Shown here piece after piece: positions 1 through 7,308 of a stretch of DNA of 12,309 nt (the first letter of the stretch is position 1; each line of letters begins with the position of its first letter). Below the pieces are notes generated by a model. That model had not been told where the DNA came from, searched no databases, and saw nothing but the letters and a program-made list of their open reading frames with translations. Both the position numbers and the translations under genes were made by a program. The stretch lies in NCBI GenBank assembly GCA_039190745.1, contig JBCCXZ010000091.1, positions 1-12,309 of the forward strand. Reading direction: 5' to 3'. The stretch comes from Planctomycetota bacterium. GTDB lineage: Bacteria; Planctomycetota; Planctomycetia; Pirellulales; Lacipirellulaceae.

Positions 1-33
1 GCAGCAACCACGGCAGCAACCTCAGCAGCAACC
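1..33 (+). repeat. Coding tandem repeat GCAGCAACC x3 with 12-bp period (QQPx)
   Basis: GCAGCAACC at 1-9, 13-21 and 25-33; partial copy AGCAACC at 42-48. Confidence 0.8.
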
Positions 34-166
34 GGCCCAAGAGCAACCAACCCGCCGGCGGAGGCGAGCCGAAGAAGAAGTAGAAGGCCAACCCGTCGGC
101 GAAGAGGCTCCCGCCGGCAGGGGCAGCCGCATCCGCAGCATCATCCGCAGAAGGCTGGGCCGTTGA
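1..166 (+). CDS. 3' end of an upstream gene (partial); Q/P-rich low-complexity linker with a basic C-terminal tail
   Basis: Frame starting at base 2 reads QQPRQQPQQQPAQEQPTRRRRRAEEEVEGQPVGEEAPAGRGSRIRSIIRRRLGR and ends at TGA 164-166, abutting the next gene's start. Not in the ORF track because its start is outside the window. Confidence 0.65.
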   Translation, partial: QQPRQQPQQQPAQEQPTRRRRRAEEEVEGQPVGEEAPAGRGSRIRSIIRRRLGR

Positions 167-1752
167 GGGCCGTGACGGGGCAAAGATTGCTCCGCTTCGC
201 TTGGCTTGTTCTGGTCTACGGCGTCCACCGATCGGCGTTCTCCGCAGACCCTCTGCCGCCGCCCTTCACGCCCGGGGTCTTCCGCTCGCACGTCGAGCTG
301 CTCGCCTCTGACGACCTCGCCGGACGCTTCCCCGGCACCGGCGGCTCGCAGGAAGCAGCCGAGTACATCGTCGAGCAGCTCAAGCAAGCCGGCTGGCAAC
401 CTTTCGGCGAGGACGGCGGTTGGGTGCAGAGCTTTCCCGTTGAGTTGGGCAGCAGCGTCGCGGGCATGATCGCCGGACAGAACATCCTCGCCCGCATGCC
501 AGGCCGCGGTGAACTCGCCAACGAAGCCGTGATCTTTACCGCGCACTACGATCACATCGGCATCCTCCGCGCCGACCAGGAGTTCGCAGACGACTTCATC
601 TACAACGGCGCCGACGACAACGCATCGGGCGTCGCCGTCATCCTGATGATCGCTCAGGCGTTTGCCGACGCCGATGACCTGCCCGACTCGCACCGCACGC
701 TGATCTTCGCCTCATTCGACGCCGAGGAACAGGGCCTCGTCGGCGCCAGGCACTACGTGCGTCACCCGCGGTGGCCGCTGGAGAAGACCGCCGCGGTGAT
801 CAACTTCGACGGCGTCGGCCGGCTGCGCTTGGGCAAGTTCTTCGCCTCCGATGCGGAGACAAGCCCCGTGCTCGCCGAGTTTGTCCGCGCCGCCGCCCGC
901 GGCCGCGGCCTCGTCGCCGAGACCAACTTCGGCGGACACGGACGCAGCGACCACGTCCCGTTCCAAGAGCAGCGCATCCCCGGCATGCACTTCTTCACCG
1001 GCGCCCACCGCGACTACCACCAGCTCTCCGACGAGGCCGACCGGCTGAACCCGCGGGGCGGGGCGCTGGTCGCCTCCATCGGCTACCACACCGTCCGCAA
1101 GGCCGCCACGCACCCGGGGCCGCTCGAGTTCAAGGAGCTCGAACCGAAGTTCCGTATGTCGGTCATCCTCCACCTGATCCGCTCGATGGGCCTCATCCCG
1201 AACGTCAATGCCCAAGAGGGCCGCTACCCAGAGATCCTGTTCGTCGTCCCCGGCAGCGCCGCCTCCAAGCACGGCATGCGGTCGGGCGACAAGATCACCT
1301 CGCTCAACGGCATGCGGATCAACCGCGTCGAAGACACGCTCGTCATCTTCCCGCAGCTTACGTACGAAGACGGCCTGCGGATGACCGTCCTCCGCGGCGA
1401 CGGCGACAAGGAAATCGAAGTCAGTCTGCCCGCTGAGTTCTTCGCCGGACTGAACGGCCCCGAGTCCCAACCGCTCGAGAACGGCAAGCACGCCGTCGAG
1501 TTCGTCTACCGGCCGTCGGCCAAGCCCGAGTCCGTTGCGGTCGCCGGGTCGTTCAACAACTGGCGGCCCGCCGCGAACCCCATGACCGCCGACGAGAAGG
1601 GCGTGTACCGCGCGACGGTCGAACTCGCCCCCGGCGTGTACGAATACAAGTTCGTCGTCGACGGCAAGACGTGGGAGTCCGACCCGCGGAACCTCAACCA
1701 AACCGGGCCCTACGACAACAGCGTGCTCTCGGTCGGACCGAGGGACGAGTAG
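163..1752 (+). CDS. Predicted secreted M28-family zinc (amino)peptidase fused to a PDZ domain and a C-terminal CBM48-like / AMPK-beta-type (early-set) glycogen-binding domain
   Basis: Signal-peptide-like N-terminus (RLLRFAWLVLVYGVHRSAFS-AD). M28 motifs GRFPGTGG, AHYDH, GADDNASG, DAEEQGL, NFD, RSDH and YHQLSD. PDZ-like VVPGSAASKHGMRSGDKITSLNG at about 1190-1430. C-terminal VAVAGSFNNW...PM...GVYEYKFVVDG..WESDP.N at 1489-1734. Start is TTG163 (overlapping the upstream TGA) or GTG172. Confidence 0.9.
   Translation: MRAVTGQRLLRFAWLVLVYGVHRSAFSADPLPPPFTPGVFRSHVELLASDDLAGRFPGTGGSQEAAEYIVEQLKQAGWQPFGEDGGWVQSFPVELGSSVAGMIAGQNILARMPGRGELANEAVIFTAHYDHIGILRADQEFADDFIYNGADDNASGVAVILMIAQAFADADDLPDSHRTLIFASFDAEEQGLVGARHYVRHPRWPLEKTAAVINFDGVGRLRLGKFFASDAETSPVLAEFVRAAARGRGLVAETNFGGHGRSDHVPFQEQRIPGMHFFTGAHRDYHQLSDEADRLNPRGGALVASIGYHTVRKAATHPGPLEFKELEPKFRMSVILHLIRSMGLIPNVNAQEGRYPEILFVVPGSAASKHGMRSGDKITSLNGMRINRVEDTLVIFPQLTYEDGLRMTVLRGDGDKEIEVSLPAEFFAGLNGPESQPLENGKHAVEFVYRPSAKPESVAVAGSFNNWRPAANPMTADEKGVYRATVELAPGVYEYKFVVDGKTWESDPRNLNQTGPYDNSVLSVGPRDE
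1712..1733 (+). repeat. Direct repeat copy 1 (inside the 3' end of the M28 gene)
   Basis: ACGACAACAGCGTGCTCTCGGT; 21/22 identical to 3803-3824, with a 17-bp exact core AACAGCGTGCTCTCGGT. Confidence 0.9.
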
Positions 1753-1983
1753 CCCTCCGGTCGGTTTCTCGTCTCCCGCCCGATCTTCTTCAGGCACGGT
1801 TGCGACGGTCCTGCCGCTTGCAACGGGGCAAGACAACGCAGAGCCTCCAGACGCCGCCTCGACGTATGTTTTCTTGGCTTCTGAGCCGATTCGCGTCACA
1901 GCAAAAGACAGCGGGTCGAACAGGCCCGCCGCACGCACGCCGCGGACTCGCCATCTGCTCCAAGACACGATCACAGACGCCCC

Positions 1984-3762
1984 ATGCTCAGCACTCTCTT
2001 GTGGCCCGTCAGCCTGGTCGCCCAGGCGGCGCTCGGACTCGCCTACTGGTGGTACGGCCGGCGGCTAGACGGCTTCTGGGTCGTCGACCTTGCCGCCGGA
2101 GACATCCCCGGCGTCAACTTCCACGACCAACTCGGACGCGTCTTGGAGTGCATCCGCCGGCACGACCCACGGCGGGCCGACCGCGTCCGGCGCCAAATCC
2201 GCCGCTTCATCAACACCTCCATCATCGACAGCGGCGGGGCCTACCTCCGCCGGGGCAGGGGGTGCCAGATCAACTGCAAGTCGTACTACGACGCGGTCGT
2301 CGGTTGGGGGTCGCTCGACGAAGGCGAGCAGCGCGTCCTCACGCTGCAGCTTGCTTCCATCATCGTCCACGAGGCCACGCACGGCGTCTTCTACGAAGCC
2401 GGCATCCCTTACGACGAACGGTTCCGCGAGCGCATCGAACGCCGCTGCCGACGGGAACAAACCCTGTTCATGCGCCGCGCGGCGCCCGACTTCCAAGACG
2501 CCTGCGGAAAGCGGGTCGATTGGGCAGACGAATACTCCGACGAGCGCAGCCGCGAGTACTACGAGAAGTACTGGGCGCGGTCCTGGTGGGGGCGCCTTCG
2601 CGACACCTTCGCCCGCGCGTGGCAGATGTGCGGAGACCCGGAAGGCGGCCTCGGAGTCGCATGGCGGGACCGCCATCGCGAGTACACCGAAGCCGCGGAC
2701 GACTACCGTCCCTGGGCCGTATCCACGCTCTACACACGCGCTTCGATCCACGCCTCGGCGAACAACCACGCTCTCGCGATCGAAGACTATCGCCGCGTGC
2801 TCGAGTTCGACCCCGATCACGACGAGGCCCGCATCGGCCTGGGAGCGCAGCTCCGGTACGCCAACCGCTTGCAAGAATCCCTCGCTGTCTGGCGGGAGGC
2901 GGAAGCCCGAGGGGTCGAAGGCGCCCGCGCTTGGCTGGCCGCCGCCCTCTGGCAACTCGAACAACACGACGAGGCGCTTGAGTGGTTCGACCAGACCGCC
3001 GATGAGGAGCCGACGGCTCACTGGCTCGGCCTCCGCGCCATGCTCCTCACCGAGTGCGGCCAGCATGAAGAGGCCATTGCCGAGTTCGAGCGCGTAGGCG
3101 ACGACGACATCTACGCGGTCGGCACACGCGACTTCGGCCGTCTCACTATCCGCGCCCTGGTCGAGCGCCGGCTCGGACGCCAAGCGGCATACGAGAAGAC
3201 CGTCGACGAGATCGAGAAAGCCGTAGAGCTCTGGAAACAGAGCGGCCCCGCAGAACCGATCGCAACGGTAGGGCGCGTCCTGCAAACAGCCCCCCAGATG
3301 TTCCGATCGGGCACGCAGACCTGCGGTGCCCGCCTCTTGCTGAGCCAAGACGCCGCAGACACGCCGGCGCTACGTGCCGATCTAGAACGCACAGCCCGCC
3401 GGCTGCTCGAACGCGCCGGGTCGGCTGACGAAAACTACAAGGCCCTCTACGCCCGCAGTCTGCTCTCAGACAACGAAGCGTTCCCTTGGCGGGAAGTCCC
3501 CGAAGAACTGTCCTCCGGTCGCGAACTCTGGGTCACCGACGTTCTGCTAGAACGGATCCTTCTACCGGGCGGCAGACTGCAAGGCGACTGGGTCGACTGC
3601 TGGGCGCTCTCAACAGACTCGGGCTGGCAGGCGGCAGTCCGTGGAGTATGTCCTGGCTTTGAGGAAAGCGACCGGTCTAAGACTGATGGCTCTGCTGCTG
3701 GCCTCACGCCCGGGTTGCCGGTTGCGGTCGATCTGCAAGCGACTCCGCAGCAGAGCAGTTAG
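1984..3762 (+). CDS. Uncharacterised protein: hydrophobic N-terminus, HExxH zincin-like domain, TPR-like repeats
   Basis: 592-aa ORF with GC-rich third positions in its 5' two-thirds. LASIIVHEATHG (HExxH at 2368-2382) followed by an ERRC..EQ..F helix. TPR-like segments AIEDYRRVLEFDPDHDEARIGLG, LWQLEQHDEALEWFDQ and LLTECGQHEEAIAEFER. Confidence 0.75.
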   Translation: MLSTLLWPVSLVAQAALGLAYWWYGRRLDGFWVVDLAAGDIPGVNFHDQLGRVLECIRRHDPRRADRVRRQIRRFINTSIIDSGGAYLRRGRGCQINCKSYYDAVVGWGSLDEGEQRVLTLQLASIIVHEATHGVFYEAGIPYDERFRERIERRCRREQTLFMRRAAPDFQDACGKRVDWADEYSDERSREYYEKYWARSWWGRLRDTFARAWQMCGDPEGGLGVAWRDRHREYTEAADDYRPWAVSTLYTRASIHASANNHALAIEDYRRVLEFDPDHDEARIGLGAQLRYANRLQESLAVWREAEARGVEGARAWLAAALWQLEQHDEALEWFDQTADEEPTAHWLGLRAMLLTECGQHEEAIAEFERVGDDDIYAVGTRDFGRLTIRALVERRLGRQAAYEKTVDEIEKAVELWKQSGPAEPIATVGRVLQTAPQMFRSGTQTCGARLLLSQDAADTPALRADLERTARRLLERAGSADENYKALYARSLLSDNEAFPWREVPEELSSGRELWVTDVLLERILLPGGRLQGDWVDCWALSTDSGWQAAVRGVCPGFEESDRSKTDGSAAGLTPGLPVAVDLQATPQQSS

Positions 3763-3802
3763 CCGGCCGATAGCTGTCCGTCGGCAGACCTACCGTCAAG
3801 GC

Positions 3803-3843
3803 ACGATAACAGCGTGCTCTCGGTTGTCGAATCGGCGCAGTAA
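3803..3843 (+). pseudogene. Direct repeat copy 2: orphan alternative 3' end of the M28-CBM gene (DNSVLSVVESAQ*)
   Basis: 3803-3824 matches 1712-1733 except for one synonymous C/T. It continues GTC GAA TCG GCG CAG TAA, placing the stop at the same codon as the TAG of the intact gene (DNSVLSV-GPRDE* vs DNSVLSV-VESAQ*). Confidence 0.75.
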
Positions 3844-3866
3844 TCCGAAAGAGGCGTCTCCCTCGG

Positions 3867-4385
3867 TCAACGATTGCGCCATCCGGAGCCGACCCACGGC
3901 ACACCGTCGCCGGTATCTAGACGCAACCGAAGACTCAGCTGTGCCGCGTGATGCTGCACGTGCCGGATGTTGTAGATGTGCAGCTCCGCCCGGGTCAGCT
4001 TCAGTGAATAGAAACCGCACGCCGCTTGGAGACTCGCCGCGTTCTCGCTGCGAACCGCGCTCGATGCCTTCTCACGACAGTGCTGTAGGTAGGACTCGGT
4101 CGTGGTTCGGTCGTACAGCAGCGTCTGCCTCCGGTCGGCCAGTTCTTCGTAATCGCGGAAGAACTCGGCGTGCTCCCGGTGGAAAGCCTGCTCACGCTGC
4201 GATCGGATGTCCACCCCGGTATACAAATCGCTAAAGAACAGCGTGTGGAAGACGACCTGGCAAAACGCTAGGTCACCGACCGGCGCATCCCACGAGACCT
4301 CTGGGCAGGCGTCGACGCACATAGCCAGAGTGCAGAAGACCGCCTCGTACTGATCGCCAACAATCTGCTTCAAGACGTCCGACAC
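3867..4385 (-). CDS. DinB/YfiT-superfamily protein (putative metal-dependent thiol transferase fold)
   Basis: Characteristic His pattern VVFHTLFFSDLY ... YNIRHVQHHAAQL. Start reassigned from 4454 to GTG at 4385, which follows a strong SD (AAGGAG, 7-nt spacer), giving 172 aa. Confidence 0.8.
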   Translation of the reverse strand: MSDVLKQIVGDQYEAVFCTLAMCVDACPEVSWDAPVGDLAFCQVVFHTLFFSDLYTGVDIRSQREQAFHREHAEFFRDYEELADRRQTLLYDRTTTESYLQHCREKASSAVRSENAASLQAACGFYSLKLTRAELHIYNIRHVQHHAAQLSLRLRLDTGDGVPWVGSGWRNR

Positions 4386-4490
4386 AACGAGGCTCCTTAC
4401 TGGGAGCAGGGGCCCTAAAACCCGAGAAAAACAGCCCCGAAACGAACATAACAACGATTATCGGACGTTGAACCGAGGGGTCGCCGACGC

Positions 4491-5456
4491 CTACTCGGCC
4501 TCGACAAACTGCCCCATGTTGCGGAACTTCTCGTACCGCCCGCGGAGCAACTCGTCCTTCGGCACCGCGCTCAGCTCACGCAGCGTCTTTGAAAGGTACA
4601 TCTTCAGCCGGGTCGCCATCTGGTGGTGATCGCGGTGGGCGCCGCCCAGCGGCTCTTCGATTACGTCGTCCACCGCGCCAAGCTGCTTCAGGTGCTTCGA
4701 CGTGCACTTCAGCGCCTCCGCGGCGCGCTCGGCGTAGTCGTGACTCTTCCAAAGGATGCCCGCGCAGCCCTCGGGACTGATCACCGAGTAATAGGCGTTT
4801 TGCAGGATCGCGATCCGGTCGCCCACGCCGATGCCCAGAGCGCCGCCCGAACCCCCCTCCCCGATCACCACGCAGATGATCGGCGTCGGCAGCTTCGACA
4901 TGGCAAGCATGCTTTCGGCGATCACCTGCGCCTGCCCGCGCTCCTCGGCCCCCACGCCCGGGTACGCGCCGGGCGTGTCGATCATCGTGATGATCGGCAG
5001 CCCGTACTTCGCCGCCATCCGCATCTTCTGCATCGCCTTGCGGTACCCCTCGGGGTGCGACATGCCGAAGTTCGTTTCGGTCCGCTCTTTGGTGTTCTTC
5101 CCCTTGTGGTGCCCGGCCAGCAGCACCTTGTGCTCGTCGATCTTCGCAAACCCGGTCCGCAGCGCGCGGTCGTCGCCGTAGAACTTGTCGCCGTGCAGCT
5201 CGACGAACTCGTCGAACACCAGGCTGATGTAGTCGCTCAGCAGCGGCCGCTCGGGGTGCCGGGCGATCCGCACCGTCTCCCACGGCGACAGGTTGTCGTA
5301 GATTGTCCGCGTCGTCTCGGTCAGCTGCTTCCGCAACCCCCGCACGCGGTCGTGCTGCTCGGGCGTTTTGTCCGTAACGGCGTCGATCTGCTCGATCTGG
5401 TCCTGCAGCTCGTAGATCGGTTGCTCAAACGGCAGTCGGAACGTCGAAGAAGGCAT
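4491..5456 (-). CDS. accA: Acetyl-CoA carboxylase carboxyltransferase alpha subunit
   Basis: LPFEQPI N-terminus, ARHPERP, ELHGD, NFGMSHPEGYRKA, DTPGAYPGVGAEERGQ, IGEGGSGGALG, YSVISPEGCAGILWK, EPLGGAHRD. Confidence 0.98.
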   Translation of the reverse strand: MPSSTFRLPFEQPIYELQDQIEQIDAVTDKTPEQHDRVRGLRKQLTETTRTIYDNLSPWETVRIARHPERPLLSDYISLVFDEFVELHGDKFYGDDRALRTGFAKIDEHKVLLAGHHKGKNTKERTETNFGMSHPEGYRKAMQKMRMAAKYGLPIITMIDTPGAYPGVGAEERGQAQVIAESMLAMSKLPTPIICVVIGEGGSGGALGIGVGDRIAILQNAYYSVISPEGCAGILWKSHDYAERAAEALKCTSKHLKQLGAVDDVIEEPLGGAHRDHHQMATRLKMYLSKTLRELSAVPKDELLRGRYEKFRNMGQFVEAE

Positions 5457-5561
5457 CGCAGACCACTCAATCTCAATAGCGCCGCCGCAGCAGCCAAATC
5501 TTTCCCAGCCGCCGACCTACGCGTCGACGATCTCCAACGTTCTCCCTCCAACCCGTTGCTC

Positions 5562-6455
5562 CTACAACGAGTCGTCCTCTGCCGCGGCATCGGCTTCGGG
5601 GTCGGGCTTCTTTGGTTTCAAGTGGAAGCACCGCCCCGCCTTCATCTCCCGGTAGAACTCCATCAACGATTCCGGCCGGTTCGCCGGGTCCTTCTCCAGC
5701 ATCCGATGCACCAGCTTCGCGAAGGCCGGCTGCACGTTCTTCTGGATCATCTCCAGCGGCTGCGGCTTCGCCTTCAGGTGCTTGTTCAGCAGCTCCGTCG
5801 AGCTGCTCGCGGTGAACGGCAGCTTGCCGGCCATCAGCTCGTACACCATGCAGCCGAAGCTGTAGATGTCGGTCCGCGCGTCGCCGATCTGCCCCCGGAT
5901 CTGCTCCGGGGCCATGTAGCTGTAGGTGCCCTGCACCTGCGTCTTCCCGCCCAGCAGTTTACCGACGCCCTTGGGAATCTTCCGCGAGATCGTGAAGTCG
6001 ATCAGCCGCACGTGGTTCTCGTCGCTCACCAGATAGTTATCCGGCTTCACGTCCCGGTGCACCCACCCCTGCTTATGCATGTGCTCTAGCGCCAGAGCGG
6101 CTTCGCTCAAGATTTCGCTCATCCGCCAGTGCAGACGCTCGACGCCCTCGTTCATCTGCTGCTTCAAGTTGGGCGTCTTGAACAGCTCCATCACCAGGTA
6201 GGCGCCGGCCTTGCTCGTGCCGTAGTCGAACGTCTTGATGATGCCCCGGTGCTCAAGGTCTTTGCCGACGTTGTACTCGTGCTTCAGCTCGTTGACCGCC
6301 TGCCGGGTGTGCTTCTTCCCGGGCGGCAGCCACTTCATGGCGTAGGCCGTCGTCTCCGACATCGGCCGCACCGCCCAGATCTCGTACAACGCCCCCGCAC
6401 GGATGAGGTGGAACATCCGGTAAGGACCGACGAATTCGTTGCCGCTGGCTGCCAT
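5562..6455 (-). CDS. Soluble Hanks-type Ser/Thr protein kinase (catalytic domain only, DFG replaced by DFT)
   Basis: YAMK lysine, alphaC ELKHE, HRDVKPDN, LIDFT, GTYSYMAPEQ, RTDIYSFG, LEKDPANRP. No transmembrane or sensor domain; short acidic tail. Confidence 0.93.
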   Translation of the reverse strand: MAASGNEFVGPYRMFHLIRAGALYEIWAVRPMSETTAYAMKWLPPGKKHTRQAVNELKHEYNVGKDLEHRGIIKTFDYGTSKAGAYLVMELFKTPNLKQQMNEGVERLHWRMSEILSEAALALEHMHKQGWVHRDVKPDNYLVSDENHVRLIDFTISRKIPKGVGKLLGGKTQVQGTYSYMAPEQIRGQIGDARTDIYSFGCMVYELMAGKLPFTASSSTELLNKHLKAKPQPLEMIQKNVQPAFAKLVHRMLEKDPANRPESLMEFYREMKAGRCFHLKPKKPDPEADAAAEDDSL

Positions 6456-6502
6456 ACAGGCCGGGCGTTGCTGAGGACCGGTGGGGTTGGGCCAAACCGC
6501 AC

Positions 6503-6531
6503 AGTCTAATCCGCCGGCGACGACCGAGAAA
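6503..6531 (-). promoter_or_regulatory. Possible internal sigma70-type promoter for kinase-accA
   Basis: Minus strand TTTCTC-N17-TAGACT, with the -10 box 47 nt upstream of the kinase ATG. The -35 box is weak. Confidence 0.35.
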
Positions 6532-6552
6532 GGCCGCCGATTCAGGCCAGGC

Positions 6553-7287
6553 TCAGTAGAAGACCCTCAACAGGCACAGCCCCTGCGGCGGAGCCGTCTG
6601 CCCCGCCGCCCTGCGGTCGCACGCGGCGAGTGCTTCGGCCACCCAACTCTCCTCCCGCAGCCCCCTGCCCGCTTCGACCAGCGTGCCGGCTATGATCCGC
6701 ACCATGTTGTAGAGAAAACCGTCGCCCTCGACCTCAATCGACACCTCTTCGCCCGATCGCGTGACCTCGACCGCGCGGATCGTCCGCACCGTCGATTCCC
6801 GTTCCGAGCCGGCCGACTCGAAACTCGCGAAATCGTGCCGACCGACCAGCGCCTGCCCGGCGCGGTGCATCGCCGCCTCGTCCAGCGGTTGCGGCACGTG
6901 CCACACGAACCGACGCTCCGCCACCGGCCGCACCCGGGCGTTGTACACTCGGTACCGGTAACGCTTGCCGATAGAGTCGTGCGTGGCGTGGAAGTTGTCC
7001 GGCGCCGCCTCGACCGCGACCACCGCCGCGTCCTCCGGCAGCTTCGCGTTAAGCGCACCGCGTACGTCCGCGGCGTCGAGCGAGGCCTCGGTGACGAGCG
7101 CCACCACCTGCCCCTCGGCGTGCACGCCCGAGTCGGTCCGGCTCGCCGCCGTCACCTGGGGCTGTTCGTCAGTAACCTCACGCCAGGCTGCTTCGAGCGC
7201 CCCCTGCACCGTCCGCTGCTGCGGCTGACGCTGCCATCCGCAGAAGCCGGTCCCCTCGTACGCGAGCGTGAGTTTCCAGGTAGGCAT
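6553..7287 (-). CDS. truA: tRNA pseudouridine(38-40) synthase TruA
   Basis: LAYEGTGFCGWQRQ, TVQG, SRTDSGVHAEGQV (catalytic Asp), FHA, GRHDFASF, GDGFLYNMVRIIAG, TAPPQGL. Confidence 0.97.
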   Translation of the reverse strand: MPTWKLTLAYEGTGFCGWQRQPQQRTVQGALEAAWREVTDEQPQVTAASRTDSGVHAEGQVVALVTEASLDAADVRGALNAKLPEDAAVVAVEAAPDNFHATHDSIGKRYRYRVYNARVRPVAERRFVWHVPQPLDEAAMHRAGQALVGRHDFASFESAGSERESTVRTIRAVEVTRSGEEVSIEVEGDGFLYNMVRIIAGTLVEAGRGLREESWVAEALAACDRRAAGQTAPPQGLCLLRVFY

Positions 7288-7308
7288 TCCGGGTAGGCGT
7301 CGCCCCGC

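Noticed and set aside
1..50. Short repeats as a possible CRISPR or regulatory array
   Set aside because: 9-bp units with 3-bp spacers that encode QQPx in frame. No cas genes and the geometry is wrong.
1799..1824. Imperfect hairpin GTTGC...GCAAC after the M28 gene as a terminator or element end
   Set aside because: The stem is interrupted, has no U-tract, and no matching inverted copy was found near 3800.
712..1974. 420-aa minus-strand ORF, and similar long antisense ORFs at 22..693, 2065..3348, 4623..6089, 7600..8517 and 10069..10755
   Set aside because: Antisense shadows of well-supported genes, expected in high-GC DNA with few stop codons.
1671..2981. 436-aa plus-strand ORF, including a tempting MFSWLLSRF start at 1866
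   Set aside because: Arg/Pro-rich off-frame shadow of the HExxH-TPR gene with no motifs. No evidence for a frameshift joining it to the 1984 ORF.
4457..4462. GATAAT -10-like hexamer upstream of the DinB gene (minus strand)
   Set aside because: No recognisable -35 box at 16-18 nt. Too weak to call.
1489..6455. A bacterial 'AMPK-like' system (kinase + AMPK-beta-type CBM + ACC)
   Set aside because: The CBM is fused to a predicted secreted peptidase on the opposite strand, there is no CBS/gamma-like subunit, and the kinase is cytoplasmic. Only the kinase-accA adjacency is kept as a finding.
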